DNA of 64,000 nt from Bacteroidales bacterium (GCA_028716265.1 JAQUQD010000001.1:41888-105887); one strand, 5' to 3'; shown: positions 47,159 through 56,866, numbered from the stretch's first letter. Notes: generated from the letters alone by a model not told the origin. Translations and numbers: made by a program.

Positions 47159-49651
47159 TCAGAGAGGGTCGACATCAATCACCACATCCACTTGTTTATA
47201 CACCTGCCGGGCAAGGAATTCCCCGACCACGGCCGATATTTTCCTTTTGTGTGCCGAGATCGCCGAATCACGGTCCAGCTTGATCATGATCTGTTTGATG
47301 TATTTGTTCTTGATCCTTGCGACCATGGGATATTCAGGTCCCAGCACCTGTCCGGGGTAAGTTTTTTTCAGTATATTGCTCAGATCACCTGCTGCGTTGT
47401 TTAAAAAATGAAAATCCCTGTGCCTTACCCTGAGTACGATCAGGCGGTAAAAGGGAGGGTATCGGAATCGTTTTCGCTCCATGACCTGTAACTGGTACAT
47501 GCCTGCATAATCATTTTCGACCACCTGGCGTATGATGGGATGGGAAGGGTTGTTTGACTGGATGATCACCAATCCGCGTTTGTTCTTTCTTCCCGCGCGC
47601 CCGCTTACCTGCGACATCAGCTGGAAACTACGCTCGAATGAACGGAAATCAGGGAAATTGAGCATGTTGTCGGCATTCAGTATCGCCACCAGGCTAACGT
47701 TGTCGAAGTCCAGCCCTTTGGTCACCATCTGCGTACCTACCAGGATATCGATCTTCCGTGTTTCAAAATCCTGGATGATCTGGTGATACGCATTCCGGGT
47801 CCGTGTTGTATCCAGGTCCATGCGGGCGATCACTGCTTCGGGAAAAAAGCGGGATAGTTCTTCTTCCACTTTTTCTGTCCCGAATCCTCTCATCAATAAC
47901 CGCGTGGAACTGCATTCCGGGCACTTTTCCGGGACCGGGACGGAATAGCCGCAATAGTGGCAGCGCAGCTGATTGGCCTGTTTGTGATAGATCAGTGACA
48001 CATCGCAGTTCTTACAGGAAGGTGTCCAGTTGCAGATGTCACATTCGATCCGCAGTGAAAATCCGCGCCGGTTCTGAAACAGGATGGCCTGTTCTTTTCT
48101 GCTGAGAGCCTCCCCGATCAGCTGAAGCAGCCTTTCTGCAAAAATGGATTTCATCTTTTTCATTCGGTTTTCTTCCCTGATATTGATCAGTTGTATATCA
48201 GGAAGCTGTATGCCGCCGTAACGTTCTGTGAGGGTGACCAGGCCAAATTTGCCCGAAGTACAGAGAAAATAGGTTTCGAGGGCGGGCGTAGCCGAACCGA
48301 GGACTGTTTTGGCCTGATGGAGCCGTGCCAGGTACAGGGCAGCATCCCTGGCGTTATACCTGGGTGAAGGATCCTGCTGTTTGAACGAAGTGTCATGTTC
48401 CTCGTCGACAATGATCAGACCCAGGTTGGTAAATGGCAGGAACAACGCAGAGCGGGCACCGAGAATGATCTGAAAGGAACCTGACTGGTTATGGTCTTTT
48501 ACCAGGACCTTATTCCAGATCTCTACTCGTTCAAAATCATTGTACCGGGAGTGGTAAACCCCAACCGCACTGCCGAAGAATCGTTTCAGCCGCTGAATGA
48601 TCTGGGCTGTCAGGGCTATTTCCGGCAGAAGATAAAGGACCTGTTTACCCTCCCTGATGTACTCCTGTATCAGTTTGATATAGATCTCCGTTTTCCCGCT
48701 GGAGGTGACGCCAAAGAGCAGTACAGCTTCTTTCTCCGCAAGCTGTTGCTTTAACGATTCAAAGGCCTGGACCTGATGGTCCGTTAACTGGATGGTTGAA
48801 TCTGGCTGGGGTGATTCCTCCTCATGCAGTCGCGATACAATCCGCTCCTCGATCCTGAATACTCCCTTTTTCTGCAGGGCAGCAAATTGTGCCGTGGATG
48901 CGCCGGCGCTTTTAAGCAATTCGCTGCGTTGTACATCGTTTGTGCCGGGCTTGCCAAAGGATGAAAGCCGGATATAGCTGATGAGTATTTCGAGTTGTTT
49001 ATAAGCTCTTTTGTTCAGTTCGTCGAATAATTGATTCAATTTATCCTCCGAGGCATACTCTTCCGAGAGGATGACAAAAGTTTCCTTCCTGGGTTGGTAT
49101 TGCTGGACCAGCTCTTCCCTCACCAGTAGTATTTTCCTGTCGATGAGGGCGTTGATAAGTGGAAGGATCCTTGCCTGTCCGGCAATTTTGGAAACATCAC
49201 CGACCGTCAGTTCCGTTCGGTTACCCAGGGCCTGGACGATCAGCTTCTCTTTTTCGTTGAGCTGGACATCCTGAAGGGGGCATTCCGGGTGAAGGATGAT
49301 CCTCGTTTCGGAGTGAAGCTTTAAACCGGAAGGGAGTGCTGCATTCATGATATCCCCCAGGCAGGTCATGTAGTAGGATGCCATCCATTCCCACAGAGTC
49401 AGCTGAAGTTCATTTACGATCGGGAACGGATCGAGGATGGAGAGGATGGATTTGGTTTCATACGTTGTGGGATTGAGTGTGTGGAGCGATCGGATGATGG
49501 CCGTATAGATCCTTTTACTGCCAAATTGTACGATCACCCGCTGGCCGACTGCCACTTCGCTGGCAAGGGCATCGGGCACCAGGTATGTGAATGTACCAGG
49601 GACAGGCAAGGGGAGGATGACCTCCGCATATTTCAGCGTGGCACTCATCAT
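47159..49651 (-). CDS. priA: Primosomal replication restart helicase PriA
   Basis: 830-aa ORF with Walker A GVTSSGKTE, a DEEH box (IIVDEEHD), and the Cys-rich zinc module CDICNWTPSCKNCD...CHYCG...CPEC. Confidence 0.92.
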   Translation of the reverse strand: MMSATLKYAEVILPLPVPGTFTYLVPDALASEVAVGQRVIVQFGSKRIYTAIIRSLHTLNPTTYETKSILSILDPFPIVNELQLTLWEWMASYYMTCLGDIMNAALPSGLKLHSETRIILHPECPLQDVQLNEKEKLIVQALGNRTELTVGDVSKIAGQARILPLINALIDRKILLVREELVQQYQPRKETFVILSEEYASEDKLNQLFDELNKRAYKQLEILISYIRLSSFGKPGTNDVQRSELLKSAGASTAQFAALQKKGVFRIEERIVSRLHEEESPQPDSTIQLTDHQVQAFESLKQQLAEKEAVLLFGVTSSGKTEIYIKLIQEYIREGKQVLYLLPEIALTAQIIQRLKRFFGSAVGVYHSRYNDFERVEIWNKVLVKDHNQSGSFQIILGARSALFLPFTNLGLIIVDEEHDTSFKQQDPSPRYNARDAALYLARLHQAKTVLGSATPALETYFLCTSGKFGLVTLTERYGGIQLPDIQLINIREENRMKKMKSIFAERLLQLIGEALSRKEQAILFQNRRGFSLRIECDICNWTPSCKNCDVSLIYHKQANQLRCHYCGYSVPVPEKCPECSSTRLLMRGFGTEKVEEELSRFFPEAVIARMDLDTTRTRNAYHQIIQDFETRKIDILVGTQMVTKGLDFDNVSLVAILNADNMLNFPDFRSFERSFQLMSQVSGRAGRKNKRGLVIIQSNNPSHPIIRQVVENDYAGMYQLQVMERKRFRYPPFYRLIVLRVRHRDFHFLNNAAGDLSNILKKTYPGQVLGPEYPMVARIKNKYIKQIMIKLDRDSAISAHKRKISAVVGEFLARQVYKQVDVVIDVDPL

Positions 49652-49686
49652 GGTTCTGCCGGCCGATGAACCGGGCCGGAATGCTT

Positions 49687-50673
49687 TTACAACGACAGGA
49701 TCCTGGCGATTTCCAGGTATGTGTGCTTGATGGATTTCTGGCTTTTGATCGCTTTTTCGAAGGGCGTATAGGAGATCTGGTTATTGAGCATGCCGATCAT
49801 GATATCGCGTTCCCCGTTCATCAGTGCGTTGACCGATTCATACCCCAGCTGGCTGGCAAGCACCCTGTCGTAAGCGGTTGGGGACCCTCCCCTCTGGATA
49901 TGTCCGAGGATGGTCACCCGTGTATCGAACTCATCGAATTTTTCTTCCACTTTCCTGGCGATCTCATAGGCTCCTCCCTGGTCGTCTCCTTCTGAAACGA
50001 TGATGATGCCGGATGTTTTATTTCTTTTCCAGTCATACTTAAGCATCCGGATAAGGTTATCAATGTTGGTCTTCGTTTCAGGCACCAGGATATTGTCGGC
50101 CCCTGATGCCAAGCCGCTGCGCAGTGCAATAAAACCGGCGTCCCTTCCCATGACTTCCACAAAGAAGAGCCGGTCATGTGACTGAGCGGTATCCCGGATC
50201 TTATCCACTGCTTCCACGACGGTATTGACCGCTGTATCATATCCGATCGTGAGGTCAGTGCCAAACAGATCATTATCAATGGTACCGGGGAGGCCGACGA
50301 TGGGGAAGTCAAATTTATGACCAAAGATGTGGGCACCCGTGAACGTCCCGTCGCCTCCTATGACGACCAGGGCATCGATATGTTCTTCCTGGAGGTGGGT
50401 TAAGGCGAGATCCATACCTTCGTCTGTCTTGAACTGATCACTGCGTGCGGTCTTGAGGATGGTTCCCCCTCGCTGGATGATATTGGAGACAGAGTTCCTG
50501 TCCATCGGCCTGAATTGTTTTTTTATCAGGCCTTCATATCCGTTCAGGATCCCGGTAACTTCCAGGTTGTTGTATAATCCGGTCCTGACGATGGCTCTGA
50601 TGGCAGCGTTCATTCCCGGTGCATCTCCGCCGGAGGTCAGAAGCCCTATTCTATTCAGTTTCAAGAGTGCCAT
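49687..50673 (-). CDS. pfkA: ATP-dependent 6-phosphofructokinase
   Basis: 328-aa ORF with LTSGGDAPGMNAAIRA, VIGGDGT (Gly rather than Asp, which suggests ATP rather than PPi dependence), and VMGRDAG. Confidence 0.92.
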   Translation of the reverse strand: MALLKLNRIGLLTSGGDAPGMNAAIRAIVRTGLYNNLEVTGILNGYEGLIKKQFRPMDRNSVSNIIQRGGTILKTARSDQFKTDEGMDLALTHLQEEHIDALVVIGGDGTFTGAHIFGHKFDFPIVGLPGTIDNDLFGTDLTIGYDTAVNTVVEAVDKIRDTAQSHDRLFFVEVMGRDAGFIALRSGLASGADNILVPETKTNIDNLIRMLKYDWKRNKTSGIIIVSEGDDQGGAYEIARKVEEKFDEFDTRVTILGHIQRGGSPTAYDRVLASQLGYESVNALMNGERDIMIGMLNNQISYTPFEKAIKSQKSIKHTYLEIARILSL

Positions 50674-51853
50674 TGGATGCGTGTTTATTTTTTAACATAT
50701 TTTTTCTTCGGCCTTCAAACACTTCAAAATTAACAAATTTACATTCAAGTGGGCCGTTGAATAGGGTAATCTTGCGGGAAGGTTTCAGTCCAAGGAATTT
50801 TAATGCCTGCTTGTCGGAGGCCAGGATCCAGGCTGTCCAGTCGGCGTAACGGTTCTTAAGAACATCGCCAATGTGGCGGTAATGCTGATGCAGGTCATCC
50901 ACCGGTAACCGCTGCCCATACGGTGGATTGGTGATCAGCATGCCTGATCTCCAGGGAGGATCTGACGTCCAGAAATCCCTGCGGGAAACATAGACTATAC
51001 CTTCAAGTCCGGCGTGTTTCAGGTTTTCCCTGGCGATGTGCACCATTCGTTCAGCGATATCTGCACCCTGGATTGCCAGAGGAGGAGGGTTGGCAGGTTT
51101 GGTTTCCGGCAGGTTCACTTCGTTCCAAATCTTTTCATTATGATCAGGCCAGTTGCGGAAGTTAAAGTTTTTCCTGCAGCGGCCGGGTGGAAGGTTCAGG
51201 CCGATCAGTGCTGCTTCGGTCAAAAGGGTTCCTGAGCCGCACATAGGGTCAAAGAAGGGTGTTTTTCCGTCCCATCCTGTGAGCCTGATCAATCCTGCTG
51301 CCAGTACCTCATTCAGGGGGGCGGGTCCTGCAGCTGAACGATATCCCCTTTTATGCAGTGAATCGCCTGAGCTGTCAACAAACACCTGGCATACTTCCCC
51401 GGCTAGATGGAGGTGGATCTGCAGGAACGGAGCATCGAGGTCCACCGATGGCCGGCGCCCAGTCCTGGCACGGAAACGGTCGGCAATGGCATCTTTCGAC
51501 AGCTGTTCAGCATATCGGGTATGGGTGAAGACTGCCTGGTGGGCTACGGCATGCACGGCAAGCGTCTGATCTGACTCCATCCAGTCCTCCCATCTGACCT
51601 CATACATACGGTCATAGAGTTCTTTTTGTGTCCTGACCGGAAAAGAGGTGATCAGCCTGAGGATATGGAATGCGATCCGGCACCATAGGTTGGCTCTGTA
51701 GACAACTTCCAGCGGCCCCGTAAAACTGACGGCTCGTTTCATCACCTTCACTTCACGGGCTCCCAGCTGCCGGAGCTCTTCAGCAAGGACCTCCTCCAAT
51801 CCGGAGATGGTGGTAGCCACCAGGGCAAGTTCAGGATGGTCAGAACGGTTCAT
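50651..51853 (-). CDS. THUMP-domain class I SAM-dependent RNA methyltransferase (RlmL/RlmK-like)
   Basis: 400-aa ORF with an N-terminal THUMP-like region, FDPMCGSGT (SAM motif I), and the catalytic ITNPPYGQRL. Confidence 0.8.
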   Translation of the reverse strand: MNRSDHPELALVATTISGLEEVLAEELRQLGAREVKVMKRAVSFTGPLEVVYRANLWCRIAFHILRLITSFPVRTQKELYDRMYEVRWEDWMESDQTLAVHAVAHQAVFTHTRYAEQLSKDAIADRFRARTGRRPSVDLDAPFLQIHLHLAGEVCQVFVDSSGDSLHKRGYRSAAGPAPLNEVLAAGLIRLTGWDGKTPFFDPMCGSGTLLTEAALIGLNLPPGRCRKNFNFRNWPDHNEKIWNEVNLPETKPANPPPLAIQGADIAERMVHIARENLKHAGLEGIVYVSRRDFWTSDPPWRSGMLITNPPYGQRLPVDDLHQHYRHIGDVLKNRYADWTAWILASDKQALKFLGLKPSRKITLFNGPLECKFVNFEVFEGRRKNMLKNKHASNGTLETE

Positions 51854-51893
51854 TGAAGATGAAATTTCTGTTCATTCCGGCATGAATGGATTG

Positions 51894-52283
51894 TCATAAA
51901 CCCATTTGTTTCAGGAAAGATTCCTGGTTGACGATATACCTCACATGCACTCCTTTTCCGATCAATCCTTTTTCGTCCGATGCGCTGACCGTAAAGGTCA
52001 ACTTTGTCTGGTTGATCTCCACCAGGACAGTGTCACAGGACACTTTTTGCCCTATGGGAGTGGGCCGGAAATGGCGAACGTCGACCTTTGATCCGACCGT
52101 GGTGTAACCCTCCGGCAGGTATGACCAGACACTTTCCTGTGCAGTGTTTTCCATCAGCGCGATCATTGCAGGCGTGGCAAAGACGGGGACCAGACCTGAA
52201 CCATAGGCGGAAGCGGTGTCAGATTCTGCGACCGTCATCTCTTTCCTGCCTGTCACACCTTTCGGAATAGTGAAAGGATTCAT
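51894..52283 (-). CDS. Hotdog-fold thioesterase family protein
   Basis: 129-aa ORF. VFATPAMIALMENTA and the overall size resemble the FlK-like/4HBT-type thioesterase family. It overlaps the OsmC gene stop by 4 nt. Confidence 0.6.
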   Translation of the reverse strand: MNPFTIPKGVTGRKEMTVAESDTASAYGSGLVPVFATPAMIALMENTAQESVWSYLPEGYTTVGSKVDVRHFRPTPIGQKVSCDTVLVEINQTKLTFTVSASDEKGLIGKGVHVRYIVNQESFLKQMGL

Positions 52284-52708
52284 AGGAAATGAAATCTTAC
52301 GTGCTGTTTAATATCCGGATGAAGACTGAGGGCAACCGGGCATGTCCTGGAAGCAGCCCGCAGGATCTTTTTTATTTTATCCGTGTAGTTATTCGGCGGA
52401 AAGGTCAGTTCGACCTTTATTTCACCGATCCTTCTGGGATTGGAGGCCATGATCTTGGTGATCTCGGCCGTGGTGCCGTCGATATTGAACTGATGGGTCT
52501 GTGCTGCAATGCCCATGATGGTGAGCATGCAATTTCCGAGGGAGGTGGCCATAAGATCCGTCGGGGAAAAGGCTTCTCCCTTGCCCATGTTATCCACTGG
52601 CGCATCGGTGATGATGTGCTGCTGCGACCTCACATGGACTGATCTTATCCTCAGGTTACCTTCATAAACGATCCGGGAAGTGACCATGGCATTGGTTTCA
52701 TCATTCAA
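52280..52708 (-). CDS. OsmC-family peroxiredoxin-like protein
   Basis: 142-aa ORF (TTG start; an internal ATG at 52687 is an alternative). It shows the OsmC-like pattern with two Cys (LGNCMLT and SRTCPV). Confidence 0.7.
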   Translation of the reverse strand: MNDETNAMVTSRIVYEGNLRIRSVHVRSQQHIITDAPVDNMGKGEAFSPTDLMATSLGNCMLTIMGIAAQTHQFNIDGTTAEITKIMASNPRRIGEIKVELTFPPNNYTDKIKKILRAASRTCPVALSLHPDIKQHVRFHFL

Positions 52709-52711
52709 CGT

Positions 52712-52750
52712 ACAAAAATAAAAAAACCCCAGTGATATGCCGGGGTTTTA
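52712..52750 (-). terminator. Rho-independent terminator after the small Cys-rich gene
   Basis: The minus strand reads AAAACCCCGG-CATATCA-CTGGGGTTTT followed by TTTATTTTTG. The stem is 8-10 bp. It begins about 19 nt after the stop at 52769. Confidence 0.75.
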
Positions 52751-52768
52751 ATGTCTTTAAAACGCCAA

Positions 52769-53128
52769 CTACTTTTTGGCAGGGTCGTGTGATTTTGAAC
52801 AGCAGCTCTTCTGGGAAGTAGTGCATCCGGGTTTTGGAGTGCATCCGGGTTTTGCAGTACATCCTGCGGATTTACTGGGGGCACAGTTTTCCGTTTTGGC
52901 AGGGGTAGAACCTTTTTCAGATGATGCAGCTTTCTGGTCACCGGCGACAGCTGATTTAGTATCTGTCTTTACCTTACTGGCATCTTTTGATTTGACCGGA
53001 TCCTGGTCTGAGCTTACTTTTTCGATCTTTGTGTCATTGGTTACGATCTTGGCACTTGACTTCGTCTGTGCAAATGCACCGGCTCCGATAAACGTCACCA
53101 GGGTAAGGGCGATAATGAATTTTTTCAT
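52769..53128 (-). CDS. Small secreted Lys/Ser-rich protein with a Cys-rich C-terminus
   Basis: 119-aa ORF with the signal peptide MKKFIIALTLVTFIGAGAFAQ. The mature part is low-complexity K/S/D/T. The last 40 aa contain 6 Cys (NCAPSKSAGCTAKPGCTPKPGCTTSQKSCCSKSH). It has its own terminator. No family recognised. Confidence 0.6.
   Translation of the reverse strand: MKKFIIALTLVTFIGAGAFAQTKSSAKIVTNDTKIEKVSSDQDPVKSKDASKVKTDTKSAVAGDQKAASSEKGSTPAKTENCAPSKSAGCTAKPGCTPKPGCTTSQKSCCSKSHDPAKK
52821..52864. repeat. 18-bp tandem repeat (2.4 copies) encoding the (K)PGCT units
   Basis: GTGCATCCGGGTTTTGGA (52821-52838), GTGCATCCGGGTTTTGCA (52839-52856), then GTACATCC (52857-52864). Confidence 0.8.
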
Positions 53129-53201
53129 AATGTCAGTTTATAGTTTGTTTAAATGAATTTAAGTTTTCGCAGCAAATATAATTCAATTAATAAATACAAA
53201 A

Positions 53202-53239
53202 TTGTTAACGATAGCCAAAACTTGTTAAACATTTGTTAA
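53202..53239. promoter_or_regulatory. Three direct TTGTTAA repeats in the divergent promoter region (candidate response-regulator operator)
   Basis: TTGTTAA occurs at 53202-53208, 53222-53228 and 53233-53239, with start-to-start spacing of 20 and 11 nt. The region lies 40-77 nt upstream of the histidine kinase start and 74-111 nt upstream of the divergent small gene. The regulatory function is inferred. Confidence 0.35.
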
Positions 53240-53278
53240 AAGTGAAGCATGCAGGTCGTATATAACTAATTTTACATT

Positions 53279-54616
53279 GTGAAAAAGAGGAACATACAGC
53301 TTATTATTCTTTTTGCTTCCCTGTCACTGGCAGGGATCATCCTTACCCAGCTTTTCTGGATGAAGAATGTTTACAGGCTGAAGGAAGAGCAGCTGGATGG
53401 CAGGACGGATGTAGCTTTACGCAGGATTGTCACAGAACTGATGGTCACCCGTAACGATACCATGATGGCCAGGATGATGCAGTTTGGTACAACCTGTTAC
53501 CATGAACCCATCACCTTGATGGAGGTACTGGATATCCCTCTCCTGGATTCCCTGGTGAGAGCGGAGTTTTCGTGGATGGAATTTCCGCGCGACTATGCTT
53601 ACGGCATCTTTCACCGGAAGGATGGAAGAGTGATCTATTCACCGGGCGGTGCCTATAAGGAAGAGCTTCTGCATACCCGAAACGCTGTTTCTATGGAATG
53701 TCTCTGCAAATCAGATCCATGTATGCTGGGTGTTTATATACCAGGCAGACAGGGAATGATCCTGCAGCAGATCCTCATCTGGCTGGTCCTCTCCGTTCTG
53801 TTCCTGCTGGTACTGGCCGGCGCCATTTTCTTCTCTATCCATTCTGTCTTTCAACAAAACAGGCTATCGCAAATGAAGACCGATTTTGTGAACAACATGA
53901 CGCATGAGTTCAAAACCCCCATAGCTACAATCTCGCTGGCCAGCGAGATGCTTCTTAAATCCCAGATCCATGAATCTCCTGAGAAAACAAAAAGATACGC
54001 TTCCATCATATTTGATGAAAATTTACGTTTAAAGCATCAGGTAGAGCAGGTACTGAAAGTAGCCATCCTCGACAAGGGAGAATTTATGCTTAAGTACATT
54101 GAGCTGGATGTGCATGAGGTCCTGCGGGAGGTGATTAAGAATTTTAGTCTGATCATGAAGGAGAGAGAAGGTAGATTCAGGACCTGTATGCACGCCAGGC
54201 AACACCAGTTGCAGGCCGATCGATCCCATTTTATCAGCATCATTGATAATCTTATTGATAATGCAATCAAGTACTCTCCCGGATCACCGGAGGTCACCAT
54301 CTCTACAGCCAATGAAAATGATGGCATTCTTATCTCCGTAGCCGATAAGGGCATGGGGATAAGCACTGAGAACCAGCGAAATATATTCAGGCGGTTTTAC
54401 CGCGTTCATACCGGGAACATACACAATATAAAGGGTTTTGGATTGGGATTGTTTTATGTTAAAACAATGGTCGAAGCACATGGAGGATCCGTAAGCATGA
54501 GCAGTGAGCTGAATAAGGGAAGCCGGTTCGATCTTTTTTTCCCATTTGATCATGTAAAAGTTCATCCAAATGAAAATGAAGAAAAAAAAGTCAATCACGA
54601 GGATACTGCTGGTTGA
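53279..54616 (+). CDS. Sensor histidine kinase (RprX-like)
   Basis: 445-aa ORF with a GTG start and two TM helices around a roughly 130-aa periplasmic region. It has the H-box NMTHEFKTPIATI, the N-box DNLIDNAIKYS, and G-boxes DKGMGI and GFGLGL. Confidence 0.85.
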   Translation: MKKRNIQLIILFASLSLAGIILTQLFWMKNVYRLKEEQLDGRTDVALRRIVTELMVTRNDTMMARMMQFGTTCYHEPITLMEVLDIPLLDSLVRAEFSWMEFPRDYAYGIFHRKDGRVIYSPGGAYKEELLHTRNAVSMECLCKSDPCMLGVYIPGRQGMILQQILIWLVLSVLFLLVLAGAIFFSIHSVFQQNRLSQMKTDFVNNMTHEFKTPIATISLASEMLLKSQIHESPEKTKRYASIIFDENLRLKHQVEQVLKVAILDKGEFMLKYIELDVHEVLREVIKNFSLIMKEREGRFRTCMHARQHQLQADRSHFISIIDNLIDNAIKYSPGSPEVTISTANENDGILISVADKGMGISTENQRNIFRRFYRVHTGNIHNIKGFGLGLFYVKTMVEAHGGSVSMSSELNKGSRFDLFFPFDHVKVHPNENEEKKVNHEDTAG

Positions 54617-55298
54617 AGATGATCCTAACCTCCGCGTGGTGTTGAAGGATTATCTTGAGATACTGGGTTATGAGGTCTATGTGGCCATCGACGGCGAGGA
54701 TGGGTACCGGAGCTTTCTGGAAAAAAAACCCACTTTGTGCATCCTTGACGTGATGATGCCCAAAAAAGACGGATTTACATTATCCAGGGATATCCGCAAC
54801 ATCGACCAGCTGGTACCCATCGTTTTTCTTACGGCCAAGGGGATGAAGGATGACAGGATTGAGGGCTTCAGGACAGGATGTGATGATTATATCACCAAAC
54901 CTTTCAGCAGCGAAGAATTAAGTCTGAGGTTGGAGGCCATTCTGAGAAGATGTGCCATGAGGGAAGAAAATGGCATTAAACCGGAGGAAGAAATATTCCA
55001 GATCGGGCATTTCACTTTTGACTCAAAAAACATGACCTTGAAAATCGGAGACCACCAGCGCATCCTGACACGGAAAGAAGCATCCCTGCTCCGTTTGCTC
55101 TGCCTCCATAAGAATACACTGTTACGAAGAGAAGAGGCCCTGCTGAGCGTATGGGGCGACGATGACTATTTCATCGGACGCAGCATGGATGTTTTTATCA
55201 CAAAATTGCGAAAATACCTCAAAGAGGATCCTGCCATTCTCATCCAGAACGTGCATGGAACAGGCTTCAAGCTTCAGGTGACCGATCAGGCAAGCTAA
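54570..55298 (+). CDS. OmpR/PhoB-family response regulator (RprY-like)
   Basis: 242-aa ORF with a receiver domain (ILLVEDDPNL...CILDVMMPKKDGF...FLTAKG) and a winged-helix output domain (LTRKEASLLRLL...GTGFKL). It overlaps the kinase 3' end. The resemblance to Bacteroides/Porphyromonas RprY is from memory. Confidence 0.88.
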   Translation: MKMKKKKSITRILLVEDDPNLRVVLKDYLEILGYEVYVAIDGEDGYRSFLEKKPTLCILDVMMPKKDGFTLSRDIRNIDQLVPIVFLTAKGMKDDRIEGFRTGCDDYITKPFSSEELSLRLEAILRRCAMREENGIKPEEEIFQIGHFTFDSKNMTLKIGDHQRILTRKEASLLRLLCLHKNTLLRREEALLSVWGDDDYFIGRSMDVFITKLRKYLKEDPAILIQNVHGTGFKLQVTDQAS

Positions 55299-55345
55299 GT
55301 GTCCTTCCAACATAAAATTTAAACGAATTGTAAGACATGATTTCT

Positions 55346-55353
55346 TACCTTTG
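55346..55353 (+). promoter_or_regulatory. -7 box (TACCTTTG) ahead of the 12-TM protein gene
   Basis: Matches TAnnTTTG, 31 nt upstream of the ATG at 55385. Confidence 0.45.
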
Positions 55354-55384
55354 ATCCTTTCTTGCGGGGATCAACATCTTGGAC

Positions 55385-56866
55385 ATGTTTCGGATATTTG
55401 TCAGACATCAGTGGAAAGAGGCCCTGCGGTCGACCATCTGGCAAAAGAATATCGCCGTCAACATTTTCATTGGATTCATCTTTCTGCTGATGGTTTTCTA
55501 TCTTCTTCTCATCGGCATTCTGATCGACCGGATCCTGGCCGATATCTACCCCGGCAGGAATCCGGCGGAAGTCTTCAATGGATTTCTGCTGACCTATTTT
55601 CTTGCCGATATCGTTGTCCGTTTCTACATGCAGCAGGTTTCCGCCTTTCACATCAACTCTTACCTTCACCTTCCCATCAGCCGGCGCTCGATCGTTCACT
55701 TTGTTGAGCTGAAAACGGTCCTGAGCATTTTCAACATCCTTCCGTTCTTCCTGGTTGTGCCTTTTGCTTTCCTGGTGATCGGGAGGCAGTATTCATCACT
55801 CGATGCCTGGATCTATCTCATCGCTTTCTTCCTGCTGGTAATGACCAATAATTTTTTTGCTACCTATCTCAAGAGACAGTTATCCTCCAGACCGAAGATC
55901 GTCGCTGTTGCCGGACTGGCAGTCATGGGGCTCATCCTTTTGAATTATTTTGATATTCTTTCGATTTCCCGTATCTCTTCCCTTATTTTCGGGTACCTGA
56001 TGATCTATCCCAAGCTGATCTGCATACCCGCGCTCTTACTGATCGTGGTGTACACCATACATTATTTATTTCTTAAAAAGAGACTGTATTCCGAAGAGAT
56101 TGAAACCAGGAAAAAGCAAAAGCTGGATTCCATCTCGGATATCCGTTACCTGAAGGGGCTCGGGATCACAGGAGAGATCATGGCCCTGGAGATGAAACTG
56201 ATGTGGAGGAACAAAAGGCCTAAGACCACCATTTACCTTTTTCCGCTGTTCATCCTGTATGGCTTGTTTTTCTACCCTCAGGATATCTATATGAACCAGG
56301 GGACGGGTTTATTGATCTTTGTAGGCGTTTTCATGTCGGGAGGGATGATGCTGAATTACCTGAATTATGCATTTGGATGGGAAAGCAACTATTTTGATGC
56401 ACTGCTTACAAGCCGGATCAATATGGATCAATATATTCGGGTTAAATTTATTAACTCATTGATAATAAGTACTTTATGTTTCATATTGACCATCCCATAT
56501 CTCTTCTTTGGTTGGAGGATCCTGCTCATTAATTTTGTCACTTACCTGTACAACATTGGATTTTTATCTTTTGTATTGCTATATATGGCCACTTTCAATA
56601 AAAAACGGATAGACCTCAGCCGTGCGTCTGCCTTTAATTATCAGGGGCTTGGGGCTTCCAACTGGCTGGCCATGTTGCCCGCTTTCCTCTTTCCGCCCCT
56701 GGTGTATTGGCCATTTCAGGCAATCGGTATGCCCTATGTTGGCTTTATGGTCATTGGTGTTATTGGGCTGATTGGCCTGGCATTCAACAGAATTTTTCTG
56801 CAGCGGATCAGGGATCAGCTGGAAAAACGGAGATATGTCATGGCGGAGGGATTCAGGGTTAAATGA
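55385..56866 (+). CDS. Polytopic (about 6+6 TM) membrane protein, putative fused ABC-2-like permease (DUF5687-like)
   Basis: The ATG at 55385 is preferred (the ORF track uses the TTG at 55379). About twelve hydrophobic segments fall in two groups of six, separated by the charged linker KKRLYSEEIETRKKQKLDS. It sits immediately upstream of an ABC ATPase. The DUF5687 assignment is from memory and untested. Confidence 0.6.
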   Translation: MFRIFVRHQWKEALRSTIWQKNIAVNIFIGFIFLLMVFYLLLIGILIDRILADIYPGRNPAEVFNGFLLTYFLADIVVRFYMQQVSAFHINSYLHLPISRRSIVHFVELKTVLSIFNILPFFLVVPFAFLVIGRQYSSLDAWIYLIAFFLLVMTNNFFATYLKRQLSSRPKIVAVAGLAVMGLILLNYFDILSISRISSLIFGYLMIYPKLICIPALLLIVVYTIHYLFLKKRLYSEEIETRKKQKLDSISDIRYLKGLGITGEIMALEMKLMWRNKRPKTTIYLFPLFILYGLFFYPQDIYMNQGTGLLIFVGVFMSGGMMLNYLNYAFGWESNYFDALLTSRINMDQYIRVKFINSLIISTLCFILTIPYLFFGWRILLINFVTYLYNIGFLSFVLLYMATFNKKRIDLSRASAFNYQGLGASNWLAMLPAFLFPPLVYWPFQAIGMPYVGFMVIGVIGLIGLAFNRIFLQRIRDQLEKRRYVMAEGFRVK

